DNA of 64,000 nucleotides from Eledone cirrhosa. Lineage: Eukaryota. Positions 12,501-24,500 of the stretch are shown piece after piece. The position numbers and the translations under genes are program-made. Every line of letters starts with the position of its first letter. The first letter of the stretch is position 1. Below the pieces are notes generated by a model. That model was not told where the DNA came from, ran no database searches, and saw only the letters and a list, made by a program, of their open reading frames with translations. Where the stretch lies: assembly GCA_964016885.1 (NCBI GenBank), contig OZ024744.1, positions 94,302,001-94,366,000 of the forward strand. Direction: 5' to 3'.

Positions 12501-15500
12501 TGTTCTAGTTGTTTGATTATAGTAATGGTCCACTCATTAAATAAATGTGTAAAATAATTGATAGAAAGGGCATCAAGCTATAGAAAACTTGCCAAGCAAA
12601 GGGTCCAGATTATTCTTCAGTTGACAACCTACCTTATGCTGATGCCATGATAAAATGTACCCATTAGAGTGCAGTAATGCATGTGAGATGTAAGCTTCCA
12701 GCCCATCTGAGAAGTCAGTTGCTTCTCTTGAGTTGTGACTTGGTTTGTGATGACCCTCCAGTCCTTACTAGATTGAAAAATGTATGTTAAATGGTGTTGT
12801 AAGTGGCTGAGCATTTCTTAACGCTCTTCACAGGAAGATTTAGCATAATACAGAATGACATGGCTGAGCTTTTGAATTACATGAGCAGTTCTTCTGATAG
12901 GGCTTTTGAACAGTTTCCAACTAACTGGTTTCACTCGTGAAGCTTGGATCAACCCCAGGTTATGGTAAATGACACTTGCCCAAATTACCAGACAGTGGGA
13001 TTGAGCTCATGATTTGCAAAGTGAATTTCTTAACCACTCAGCCATGTTTTGTCCATTGCCAACAATAACACTCATGAATTAAACCAGGATTAGTTGGATA
13101 ACTTTCTTGATATATGAATAGTTTATCATTGACACACAATTGGTACCAAAGGTATATTTTGTAACAAATATGTAATGTATGGGCCCTTAACACTCAATGG
13201 AGTTGTAGCGGTGCTGTAGAGACATATGGATAGTCTTGTGCATTATTTAACTCGTTAGCATTTAAACTAGCTGTATCCGGCCATAATTATCTCACCTCTT
13301 TCTGTTCAAATCAGCTGTAATCGGCTGTTCAAACTGATATTAAGGTATTGTTCTCAAAATAAATAATCTCAAAATTTCATAGATTCCATATTAACTGAGA
13401 TAATTATGTGAGGTCAAGCTTTTACTGTGAAAATATAATAGTAAATATAGAGTAATGTAAATGCTAAAGGGTTAAACCTGGTGGGGCCCTTCCCTCTCCA
13501 GGTTTGAATGTAACTAATTTCCTGAGAAGAGAGAGAGATAAAGAGAAAGTGTGAAAGAGATATAGATGAAGAATCAACCCTTGTATTGGACTGGTACTTT
13601 GTATTGACCACATAAGTACAGAAAGCAAAGTTGACCTCTGTTGGTTATATAATAGCTCAAATAAAAATGAGTTAATTTTAAAGGCCTATGTAAAGCTATG
13701 TGATACTTACTGCATGGTATTAAGAATTTGCTAAACCTAGGTGTGGAAAGGGTTGGATAGTAATAGGTTGTATGTGTACTTTAACCCTTTAGCATTCACA
13801 TTACTCTATATATACTATTGTATTTTCATCGTAAATGCTTTACCTCACATAATATCGAATCTATGAGATTTTGAAAGTATTTATTTTGAGAACAATACCT
13901 TAACATCAGTTTGAGTGACCAGTTTCAACAGAAAGAGGTAGAGAATTCTGGCCGGTTTGAACATTAAAAGCAAACAAGGTACCTGACATGTAAACTAACT
14001 TTCTTAAAATGCAATGTTTTAAAAAAATGTTAAAATGGTTGTTTAATTCTTAACATTCTGTAAAGGATTTAGCAGAAAATATCTAAAAACTTGTTTATGA
14101 ATTCAAATGTTTGTAGTAGCTTTACTACTGGTGGACAGATCATTTGCAGTATTAGGGTGACGGCTTTAATTTTTCATATGATGCAATCATGGTGGTGTTT
14201 TTGTTTATTAGGAATGTCTTAATGTGTTATAGGATGTCAAGAGTTAATATATACTTTCTTTAATATTGCATATATATATATATCATTTTCATCATCATTT
14301 TACGTCCACTTTTCCCTGCTTGCAAGGGTGGGACGGGAACTGATTCTGGCTTGATTTCTACAGCTGGATGCCCTTCCTAACACCAACCTCATTTACAGTG
14401 GGTGCTGGGTGGTTTTTGTCGTGGCACCTACACGACCACGTTGCAGTGTAATGATAGGGACCCCAGTCCCTATCATCTCATTTCTACAGCTGAGTAAACT
14501 GGAGCAATGTGAAATAAAGTATCTTGCTCAAGGAAACAACACATCACCCAGTCTGAGAATTGAACTCACAACCTTTCAATTGCAAGACCAATGCTCTAAC
14601 CACTAAGCCATGTGCCTCCATCTCCATATATATATTATGTAGGAAAAAATGCCTGTTAATATTAAATGGAATGTGTGACACAGCGGTAGACATAGAAAGG
14701 TGTGGTTTGAATGTAACATCTCAGACGAGGGCCATGGCAATATACTGTAATTCATGTAGCAATGTTTTATAACATATGCATATCTATTTTAGTTCAAACA
14801 TGATACATTTTTTTCTTTAGAAGTTAATTACATAAGCATTTAAACTTGAGTAATATAGACAGTAATCCTTTCATTACTATATTTCCAATGAAAGATGTTG
14901 CCTGCCGTTCAAATAATTTTGTAAATAATTAAGAATTTGGAGATATTTAGTAGTTAACTTTCTCAGTATTTAGCTGGTATTTAGAACATGACTTAACAAA
15001 GGTTTTTACATAAATATAGATACTTTAAAATGATGTTTTGTAATGTAGAACCAGAGGTCGTTTCAGGCAGTTTGGTATCAAAAGAGTTAAATGAAAAAGA
15101 GCAGACCAAGTTTGGTATTCTTTAGTCGTATAGAATACATTAAACTTTATTTTTCACTTTTAATTTATTACAATTATATTATGGACATCACACCATATGC
15201 AACTGTTTATAGCCCCTGTGAACAAAGTGTTACCCTAAAAGATAGAGAGAGAGATACACTGTGACAGCCAGCTCAATTTGCAGAGCTTGTTCTTGAGAAT
15301 GGCCATTTCCATCTGGATTAAAATTAGTTGGGAGGTGGTTCAGGGATCCAGGATACCGTATCTATTAACCCTTTAGCATTTAAACTGGCCAGAATTCTCT
15401 CACCTCTTTCTGTTCAAACTGGCTGTAACTGGCTGCTCATACCTAGATTAAGGTATTGTTCTCAAAATAAATAACGTGAAAATCTCGTAGATTCGATATT

Positions 15501-18500
15501 ATGTGAGATAATTATGTAAGATAAAGCCTTTTCTGTGAAAATGCAATAGTAAATATAAAATAATGTAAATGCTAAAGGTTTAAACTGTGTGGAAATGTAA
15601 GTAGTAAGTTACCTTGAACACTTAAGAATGTACCAATGTAGTGTGCCTACTTTCTTGTCATTTCTAATGATCTTCAATAGTGGTTTTCCCAATTGTATCT
15701 TACTTCATGCAATTGTTTCTTCTCCAGAACTGCAGGCATCTAAAATTCTCTCCTCATTTTTACCCAAACCCCCCTCTTTAACAATTGACTTCTAAAAGTA
15801 CCAATTCAACATCAAATATTAATTTCCCAAAAACTGTTCTCTTCCTCCACTTTGTAAGTTGTCCAAAGGCTATGGGTACTACGTCTCTCCTCTTTCTCTC
15901 ACTCTCTACTTCCTCTTTCATTCGCCCCTCCTCTCTCTCGCCCTCCTCTCAATCTTTTTCATTCTCCCCTGTTCTCACTCTCTCACTTCCCCCTTCTCAC
16001 TCTCTCACTTCCTCCTTCTCACTCTCACTTCCCCCTTCTCACTCTCTCACTTCGCCCTTCTCACTCTCTCACTTCCCCCTTCTCACTCTCTCACTTCCCC
16101 CTTCTCACTCTCTCACTTCCCCCTTCTCACTCTCTCACTTCCCCCTTCTCACTCTTTCACTTCCCCTTCTCGCTCTCTCACTTCCTCCTTCTCTCACTTC
16201 CCCCTTCTCACTCTCTCACTTCCCCCTTCTCACTCTCTCACTTCCCCCTTCTCGCTCCCTCACTTCCTCCTTCTCTCACTTCCTCCTTCTCACTCTCTCA
16301 CTTCCTCCTTCTCACTCTCTCACTTCCCCCTTCTCACTCTCTCACTTCCTCCTTCTCACTCTCTCACTTCCTCCTCTCTCTCTCACTTCCCACTCTCTCA
16401 CTTCCTCCTTCTCACTCTCTCACTTCCTCCTTCTCACTCTCTCACTTCCTCCTTCTCACTCTCTCACTTCCTCCTTCTCACTCTCTCACTTCCCCCTTCT
16501 CACTCTCTCACTTCCTCCTTCTCACTCTCTCACTCACTTCCCCCTTCTCACTCTCTCACTTCCTCCTTCTCTCTCACTCACTTCCCCCTTCTCACTCACT
16601 CACTTCCCCCTTCTCTCTCACTCACTTCCCCCTTCTCACTCACTCACTTCCTCCTCACTCTCACTTCCCCCTTCTCACTCTCTCACTTCCCCCTTCTCAC
16701 TCTCTCACCTCCCCCTTCTCACCCCCCCCTTCTCACTCTCTCACTTCCCCCTTCTCACTCACTCACTTCCCTCTTCTCACTCATTCACTTCCCTCTTCTC
16801 TCTCACTCACTTCCCCCTTCTCTCTCACTCACTTCCCCCTTCTCACTCACTTCCCCCTTCTCACTCTCTCACTTCCTCCTTCTCACTCTCTCACTTCCTC
16901 CTTCTCACTCACTCACTTCCCTCTTCTCTCTCACTCCCCCCCTTCTCACTCACTCACTTCCCTCTTCTCACTCACTCACTTCCCCCTTCTCACTCACTCA
17001 CTTCCCCCTTCTCACTCACTCACTTCCCCCTTCTCACTCACTCACTTCCCCCTTCTCACTCACTCACTTCCCCCTTCTCACTCACTCACTTCCCTCTTCT
17101 CACTCACTCACTTCCCCCTTCTCACTCACTTCCCCCTTCTCACTCACTCACTTCCCCCTTCTCTCTCACTCACTTCCTCCTTCTCACTCACTTCCCCCTT
17201 CTCACTCACTTCCCCCTTCTCACTCACTTCCCCCTTCTCACTCACTTCCCCCTTCTCCCATTCTTACTCTCAACCCTCTCCATATTGCACAATACCTTGA
17301 AAACAGAGTCATCTACAGAGAACCATGCTCATACATAACATTGATTGTTTATCTAAGATAAAAAGTTTGATTTGAAACGAAGTTGAAATATTTTATACTA
17401 AATGCTATGTGCTCAGAGTATTCTGTTTAAAATATGAGAAATTGTTGCTTAATTCTTAAGATTTCCCCAATATCATTTACTCCAGTAGTAAAGAACTAAT
17501 CAACTATTATATTTCAAAATACCTGGCTTTAAGAGGAATCGAATAGTGTGCAACAGAGAAGATTGCGTTGGTACAGACATGCGATGTGCATGGATGATGA
17601 TGGCTGGGTGAAAAAGTGCCATGGAGCCGCAGTAGAGGTGGACGAAGAAAGGCTTGGATAGAGGTGGTGAGAACTGATGTTAAATCACTGAGACTCACAG
17701 AGGAGATGACGATGGAATGCAACAAGTGGAGAGATGCTTTGCTGAAAAAAATCTGTCCAACTCATGCTATTGTGGAAAAGCGGATATGAAAACAATAATG
17801 ATGTTGATGTGTTTGTGTTGTTAGTCAAAATGATTGGCTAGCTCTGATTCTGTAATTGATTAGCTGATATTGATTAGTTCTTCAAGAATTGCAATGTAAT
17901 CCAAAAATAATTTACCTTTGGAATTATTATTGTCAATCTGATTGTCATTGCAAATTTTGTGAAAGATTTGCAGAAGTTCAAAACACAGAAACAAACAGAT
18001 GAAATGAAAGATTTGACTGTTAACCCTATCATCACAATATTTCCAATGAAATCCACACAATCCATGTGTTAACAATGAATTTTTAAAATAAATAAGAATT
18101 AGGAAGGATTTAGTAAAGTAACTGATTCATTATTAAGGGCGGTGGATTGGGAGTATCGTTAGAGCGTCGGACATTATGCTTTGTGGCATATAGTTATGTC
18201 CCTTTACATTCTGAGTTCAAATCCCGTCAAGGTTAGCTTTGACTTTATCCTTTTGGGGTCGATAAAATAAAGTATCCGTAATGCACTGAGATCGATTTAA
18301 TCAACTTTTCCCTCCCCTTCAAATTGCTGGCCTTGTGCCTAAAGTAGAAACAGTTTTTAAGCTGGTGTTAAGAACAGATCTTAATAAAAAAAAATATGAT
18401 ATACTGAAAATTGTTTGGAAAGTTTGAATTTGAATATCAAAAGCAATCAACTTCTTGTAACTAGTGCAGCAGCCAGTCATTAGGTGTCATGAGGGACTGA

Positions 18501-21500
18501 ACGCTTGGAGAGGGGATGGGTATTGCCATACATTTCTAAGGCACGTAGAAATGCCACGATGAACACACAATCTAGTATGCCCCTCATCCCCCATCCTAAT
18601 TTAAATGTAAACTCTTAAAATTAGACTTTTTTATTTACTATATAAAGGCAGTTTCAGTCAGGTTGGTATCAAAATAATTAAATAGCAATAGAAAAGGTAT
18701 TTTACTTGTGCAGTAAGGGCTGCAAAAGTGCATTAAGAAGAGACACTGGAAGATGTAGAAACTGAATGTTATATAATCAGTGTAAAAGTTACATTTGACT
18801 GGTAAACTGATCATATATTTTACATGTAAGTGTACTAGGTTAGCTTATGCTAATAGCTATAAATTAACCCTTTTGTGACTGTATTTCTAATATATTACAT
18901 CCTATTTCAATCAATTAATGAAGAATTTTGAGGGATTTACTAAAATTACTAATTATTTCAGTCTATAGTAAGTTACCAACACAGTAACTTAATATGTAAT
19001 TCTAATATAAAATTGTTTTTGGGGATGTTAATTTAAATAGGAACTCCTTAAAATGTTTGGTTTGGTTTCATAGAACCAGTTTTGACTGGGTTGGTATCAA
19101 AAGGATTAAGTAACTATTTAGATTCTGGATTACTTACAGAAATTGTTAGATAAAATGTGTCGTTTATTTGGCAAAAGTAAGCATTGCCATTAGTGAATGG
19201 ATGAATTTTCTGAATGCCTAATTCTGAGCAAAGAGAAGGCTGTAAGAAATATGATGTATTATTATGCAGATTTGTATAAGATTGAAATGATGTGCAATGC
19301 TGTACAAATCAGTGAAAGCTGGTGTACATGAAAAATAATTGTGGTTTTGGAATGTGATTTTGAAAATGTCAATTGTGTGAAAGTATGGTGACATTCATAC
19401 TTAACCTCGGATCAATCTGTAAGTCCTCTCTACCAAACAAAATGAAGAGATGCTTCTTCAGAGCTGTAGTTGAGTCAGTTCTTTTGTATGGCTCTTCAGC
19501 ATGGACAATGACACAAAGATTAGTAAACAAGCTTGAACAGTCAGGTTCCACTAAAGCTATCCTATTAGACCTTTTAAGAGATAATTCTGAAATCTATAAA
19601 CTGTAGAGAAATAATAGAAACATGAATAAAAAAAAAAAAAAAAAGCTAGTGAAATACATATAGTATTAAAGTATCAATTAAAATTTTTGTGGTGTTTTAA
19701 AATTTCCTCTGAAGGGTCTTTGGAGTAATGTTACTTGATAGCGTATGTAGCTTGGAGATCAGAGAGTCACTTGTGGTAGAGCCACTACTCTGAATTGAGA
19801 GATCACAGCTCTGATACTATGGGCATGTGGTTAGAATGTCTCAGGAAAGAATTGCTGGACAGATTTTATGGGCCAAACCAACCAGCAGGAAACCTAGGAG
19901 TAGACCCCAAGCAAGATGGATAACATCCATGAGCTTGGCTGGTTTCACTTGGGAACTCAACCAGATCAATTGGTGACGGTTGCTTCTGACAGAACCCTCT
20001 TGAAATCATACCTGAAGACTCTGCCCCCATGATCCTCTTAAGAATAAGGTTGCCACATTCTCAATATGAGTTAACCCTTTAGCATTTAAACCGGCCTCAT
20101 CCAGCCAGAATTCTCTCACCTCTTTCTGTTCAAACGAGCTGTAACTGGCTGCTCATACTGACATTAAGATATTGTTCTCAAAATAAGTAACATTAAAATC
20201 TCGTAATTCGATATTATGTGAGATAAAGCCTTTACCACTAAAATACAATAGTATATATAGAGTAATGTAAATACAAAGGGTAAAAGAATGAATCGTACCT
20301 GTGATTGAAAAGGCCAGCCTTTGTGTCTGAGGAATGTTTGGTCATTCACTCATTAATTTCATGAACAGACAGATCTGTTGGTCTAACAACAGGAACACTC
20401 ATCAGAACTTTAGGAGATCCAACACATACTTGCATGTGTGATGGTATATGTAGGTATAGATATGTGGTCAAGAAGTTCACTTTGCAACTATATCATTTAT
20501 GACTCTATCCCACAGCATGGTATCTTAAATGTCTTCTAATATAGCTTCAAGTTGACCAATGCCTTGTTAGTGAATTTGGTAAATGGAAAGAAACCTGTTG
20601 TATATGAGGGTGGGTGAGAGAAAATTTACTAATGTCCTCTTATTGGCCCTCATAAACAATGTCATGTATAAACCTTACATCTCACGGCATAGCAGTTTGA
20701 TGTTGAGTGACATATATATATATATATATATCATCAACGTTGTAATGCTTGCATGGATTAGATGGGGTCTTTTTCAGCACAGCATATCTTCACTCGCCAC
20801 ATTCCTCCTCTGTGAATATGAGTGATTTCGGATCAGTTCTTACCTCTTCTGCACAGGTCTTCCTTGTTCTACCTCTACTGTGGCTTCCTTCAACTGGGAT
20901 TTCTTGACACTTCTTTACCTAGTGATCATCATTCATGCACATCACATGTCCATACCAACACAGTCTTCTCTCTTGCACACCACTTTGGATTGCTCTTAAA
21001 CCCAGTTTCTCCCTCAGTTCATCCAAGCTCTAGCTTTATCTCACATTTAAATTGCACATCCAAGTATGGTATATATACACACACACACACATCATACTTA
21101 AAATAAGGTGTAGTTGGTGTCCGGAAGGGCATTCAGCTCTAGCAAAACTGCTTGAAAAAATTCTGTATTGCATCTCTTAAATATTGAAGTATTATCCTAA
21201 TGCTTCAAAAGTTTAAATAGTATCTATAATCAACAGTTTGAAGCGATTTAGTAATACAACTAACTTTCTCATTATTAAGCGGTGGAAGGTCAGACGCCAT
21301 GCTTTCCAGCATAGATACGTCCCTTTACGATCTGAGTTCAAATCCCGCTGAGGTTAACTTTGCCTTTCATCCTTACGGGGGTCGATAAAATAAAGTACCA
21401 GTAATGTACTGGGTAATTGCTGGCCTTGTGCCAAAAGTAGAAACAATTTAGGATATAACTTAACAAAGGTTCTTACATAAAATACTGATGGATGATTTTT

Positions 21501-24500
21501 AAATAAATATAAACCCTTTAAAAACAGTTTGGTATCGTAGAACCAAGATATGGTTTCGGTTGGTATGAAATGGGTTTAATAGTATCAATAGATTCATAAT
21601 ATGTATTGTTTAAGAAGTATTTAATAAGTTAAAACTTTTTTTTTATCTGTCCAAATTTTGAGTCTGAAGTATTTCTGGAGTATTTTAATTATCATTCATG
21701 TGTGTTGGACATGGGTAGATAGAAATGTTTTGTTTTGTTTTTCTCTCTAAAGGAAGCAGCAGTACATTGTCTGAGTTTTAAATCAGATGATAATACCATG
21801 TTTTCTGTGGTTATGGTGAATATGGTTGATTGAACTCTCTTGCATGTGATTATCACTATAAAACAAATTTTTGATATCTAAACATCCATTCTTAGTTACT
21901 TCATTTGATTTAGTGTTGGTCAGTGTTTCACAACTGTGATTGATGACCATCCATTATTAACAAGTGAAAATATATCCATTTTCACTTAATAATAATTGTA
22001 GTATACACTGCTCCTTGTTGAACTGCTGTTCGTTTTAAATGGGCGTGGTGAGGGCGATATGAATGGCTTAGCGGTTAGAGCGTTGGGCTTGCAATTGTGA
22101 GGTGAATTCAATTCCTGAACTGGGTGATGTACTGTGTTCTTGATGAGCAAGTCACTTTATTTCATGTTGCTCCAATTCACTCAGCCGTAGAAATGAATTG
22201 CGATGTCACTAGTACCAAGCTGTATTGGTCTTTGCCTTTCCCTTGGTCAACATCATATATGGTGTATATATAATATATAGTGTATATATATTGTATATAT
22301 ATATATATATTAGTTGTGGCATCACTGGTGCGAAGCTGTATCGGCCTTTCTCTTGACAATATTATATATGGTGTATTTATAATATACTGTCTATACATGG
22401 TGTATATATTAGTTATATCACTGGTGCCAAGCTGTATCGGTTATTGCCTTTCCCTTGGAGAACATTGGTGGCATGGAAAGAGGAGACCTGTATGCATAGG
22501 TGACAAACAACCTTGCCCAGGCATGTACTTCAGAGGGGAGCTTTCTAGGTGCAAATCCCAAGGTCATTCGTAATTGAAGGTGGTCTTTACCCCTTTTTAT
22601 AAGGCCACATATCTACACACATTGTCATTGTTGTCTTTATTACTCCTGTTTTTGTTGGATGAGCTTTTTTTCAGCACAGCTTCCTTCCACTGATTGTGTT
22701 CCTTTGTCATCTCTTTTGTGAGGTTCAGGGATTATTATACATACACACTCTACCCATCATCTGATAAGTGCGCCACCCTAGATCTACCTTTCCAATCATT
22801 ACATACCTCCCCCACCTCAGCATCCCCTCAGTTCACACTGTAAAGTGATCGTATTCGTACCACATTGTAAATGCAGTTGGTGTTAGGAAGGGCATCCAGC
22901 TGTAGAAACCAAGCCAGAATTGGTTCTCAAGGAACAAGATCTGGCTTGTCTCACAATTGGACAACTCGTTTAACCCATGCGAGCATGAAAAAATGGATGT
23001 TAAACGGTGATGATGATGTTACACACACACTTGCAGACATTAGGTAGCTCAAGGTGTCATGCAGAGAGACAGGAACCAAAACCATGTGACTGTAAAGTTA
23101 ACTTTTTGACAAATCCGTGTCTGTGCCTACATATGAAAAAAAAACCTTACCTTAATATAATACATATGAAGGTAACCATAGCAGATATAAGCTAAGTAAG
23201 ATGAAGTGGATATGAACTTTTAGGAATTGAGTCTCACAGTAGATATAGCTATACTGTTGTAAAGACTCAGCCACTCAGGAGGTGGGGATGAAGTGGGGTG
23301 CTGGAAGTAGTAAACTACTGTTATATAACTTTTTCAATAAAATTTATGGAAATATTACAGAAATGTTTGTGTGTAGGAGGTTTGATGAAATAAAAGGTAT
23401 ATTTTCAATTGTATGAAGCTATATATAAATATATTTATATATTTAATTATTTTATAGCTATTTTTACATGTAACCACTTAGTGAATTTAAATGTTTTATG
23501 GTAGAAAATAGGACACTAATAACTTTAACAATTATGTTATATATATATATGGAGGCACATGGCTTAGTGGTTAGAGCATTGGCCTTGCAATCGAAAGGTT
23601 GTGAGTTCAATTCTCGGACCGGGTGATGTATTTTCCTTGAGCAAGACACTTTATTTCACATTGTTCCAGTTTACTCAGCTGTAGAAATGAGATGATAGGG
23701 ACCCCAGTCCCTATCATTCCACAGCAAAAAAGCACCCAGCCCACACTGTAAAGTGGACGTGTAGGTGCCACGGAAAAAAAAGTACCCAGCACTCACTGTA
23801 AATGAGGTTGGTATTAGGAAGGGCATCCAGCTGTAGAAATCAAGCCAGAATCAGTTCACGTCTCACCCTTGCAAGCAGGGAAAAGCGGACGTAAAATGAT
23901 GATGATCACACACACCTTGGATACACCCCCACCCATTCAACCCACTCCCGCTTATTAAATTTTGTAGATCTATCTCCAGTGAAATTTTATTTTAAGTGGT
24001 AGCATTCCTGTGTCAAATTTCTTTAGACATTACATTATACATGACCAAAAAAGAATATTACAAGAAATCCTATATAAAATACCACGTTAGAAAATATATA
24101 GGGTGCGTTGGAATCTCAATATGTAAACTAAATGACTAATTCTGATTTATAAAAAAAATTGAAATAACCTAGAAAACTTACCAATTCTTCAACTCCCCAC
24201 TTATTCCAACCCTCCCCTTTTATTGGGTACCCAAGAGTATTTATATATAAGCAGTAGCTGCATTTACACCCATGCATCTGTACCAGCCACCACTCCTTCA
24301 CTTCAAACCAACACATTGTTGTCTATCATTCTCTCCCAGCACACATTACTCACTTTCTCCTATTCTTGACTCTTTTATTGCCCCTGTCCTTCCTAAACTC
24401 TCTATATTCACCCTCTCTGCCACTTCCCCATCTCAATTCACTGTCTCTCCCATCCCTATCCACCCACTGGATTATATCACTCTAATTGAATGTAGACAAT

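Noticed and set aside
15785-17361. 500-517 aa Ser/Leu/Pro/His ORFs
   Set aside because: Translations of the CT minisatellite
23551-23625. tRNA gene
   Set aside because: A/B boxes are present, but the sequence runs into a SINE body and tail; the same holds for other copies
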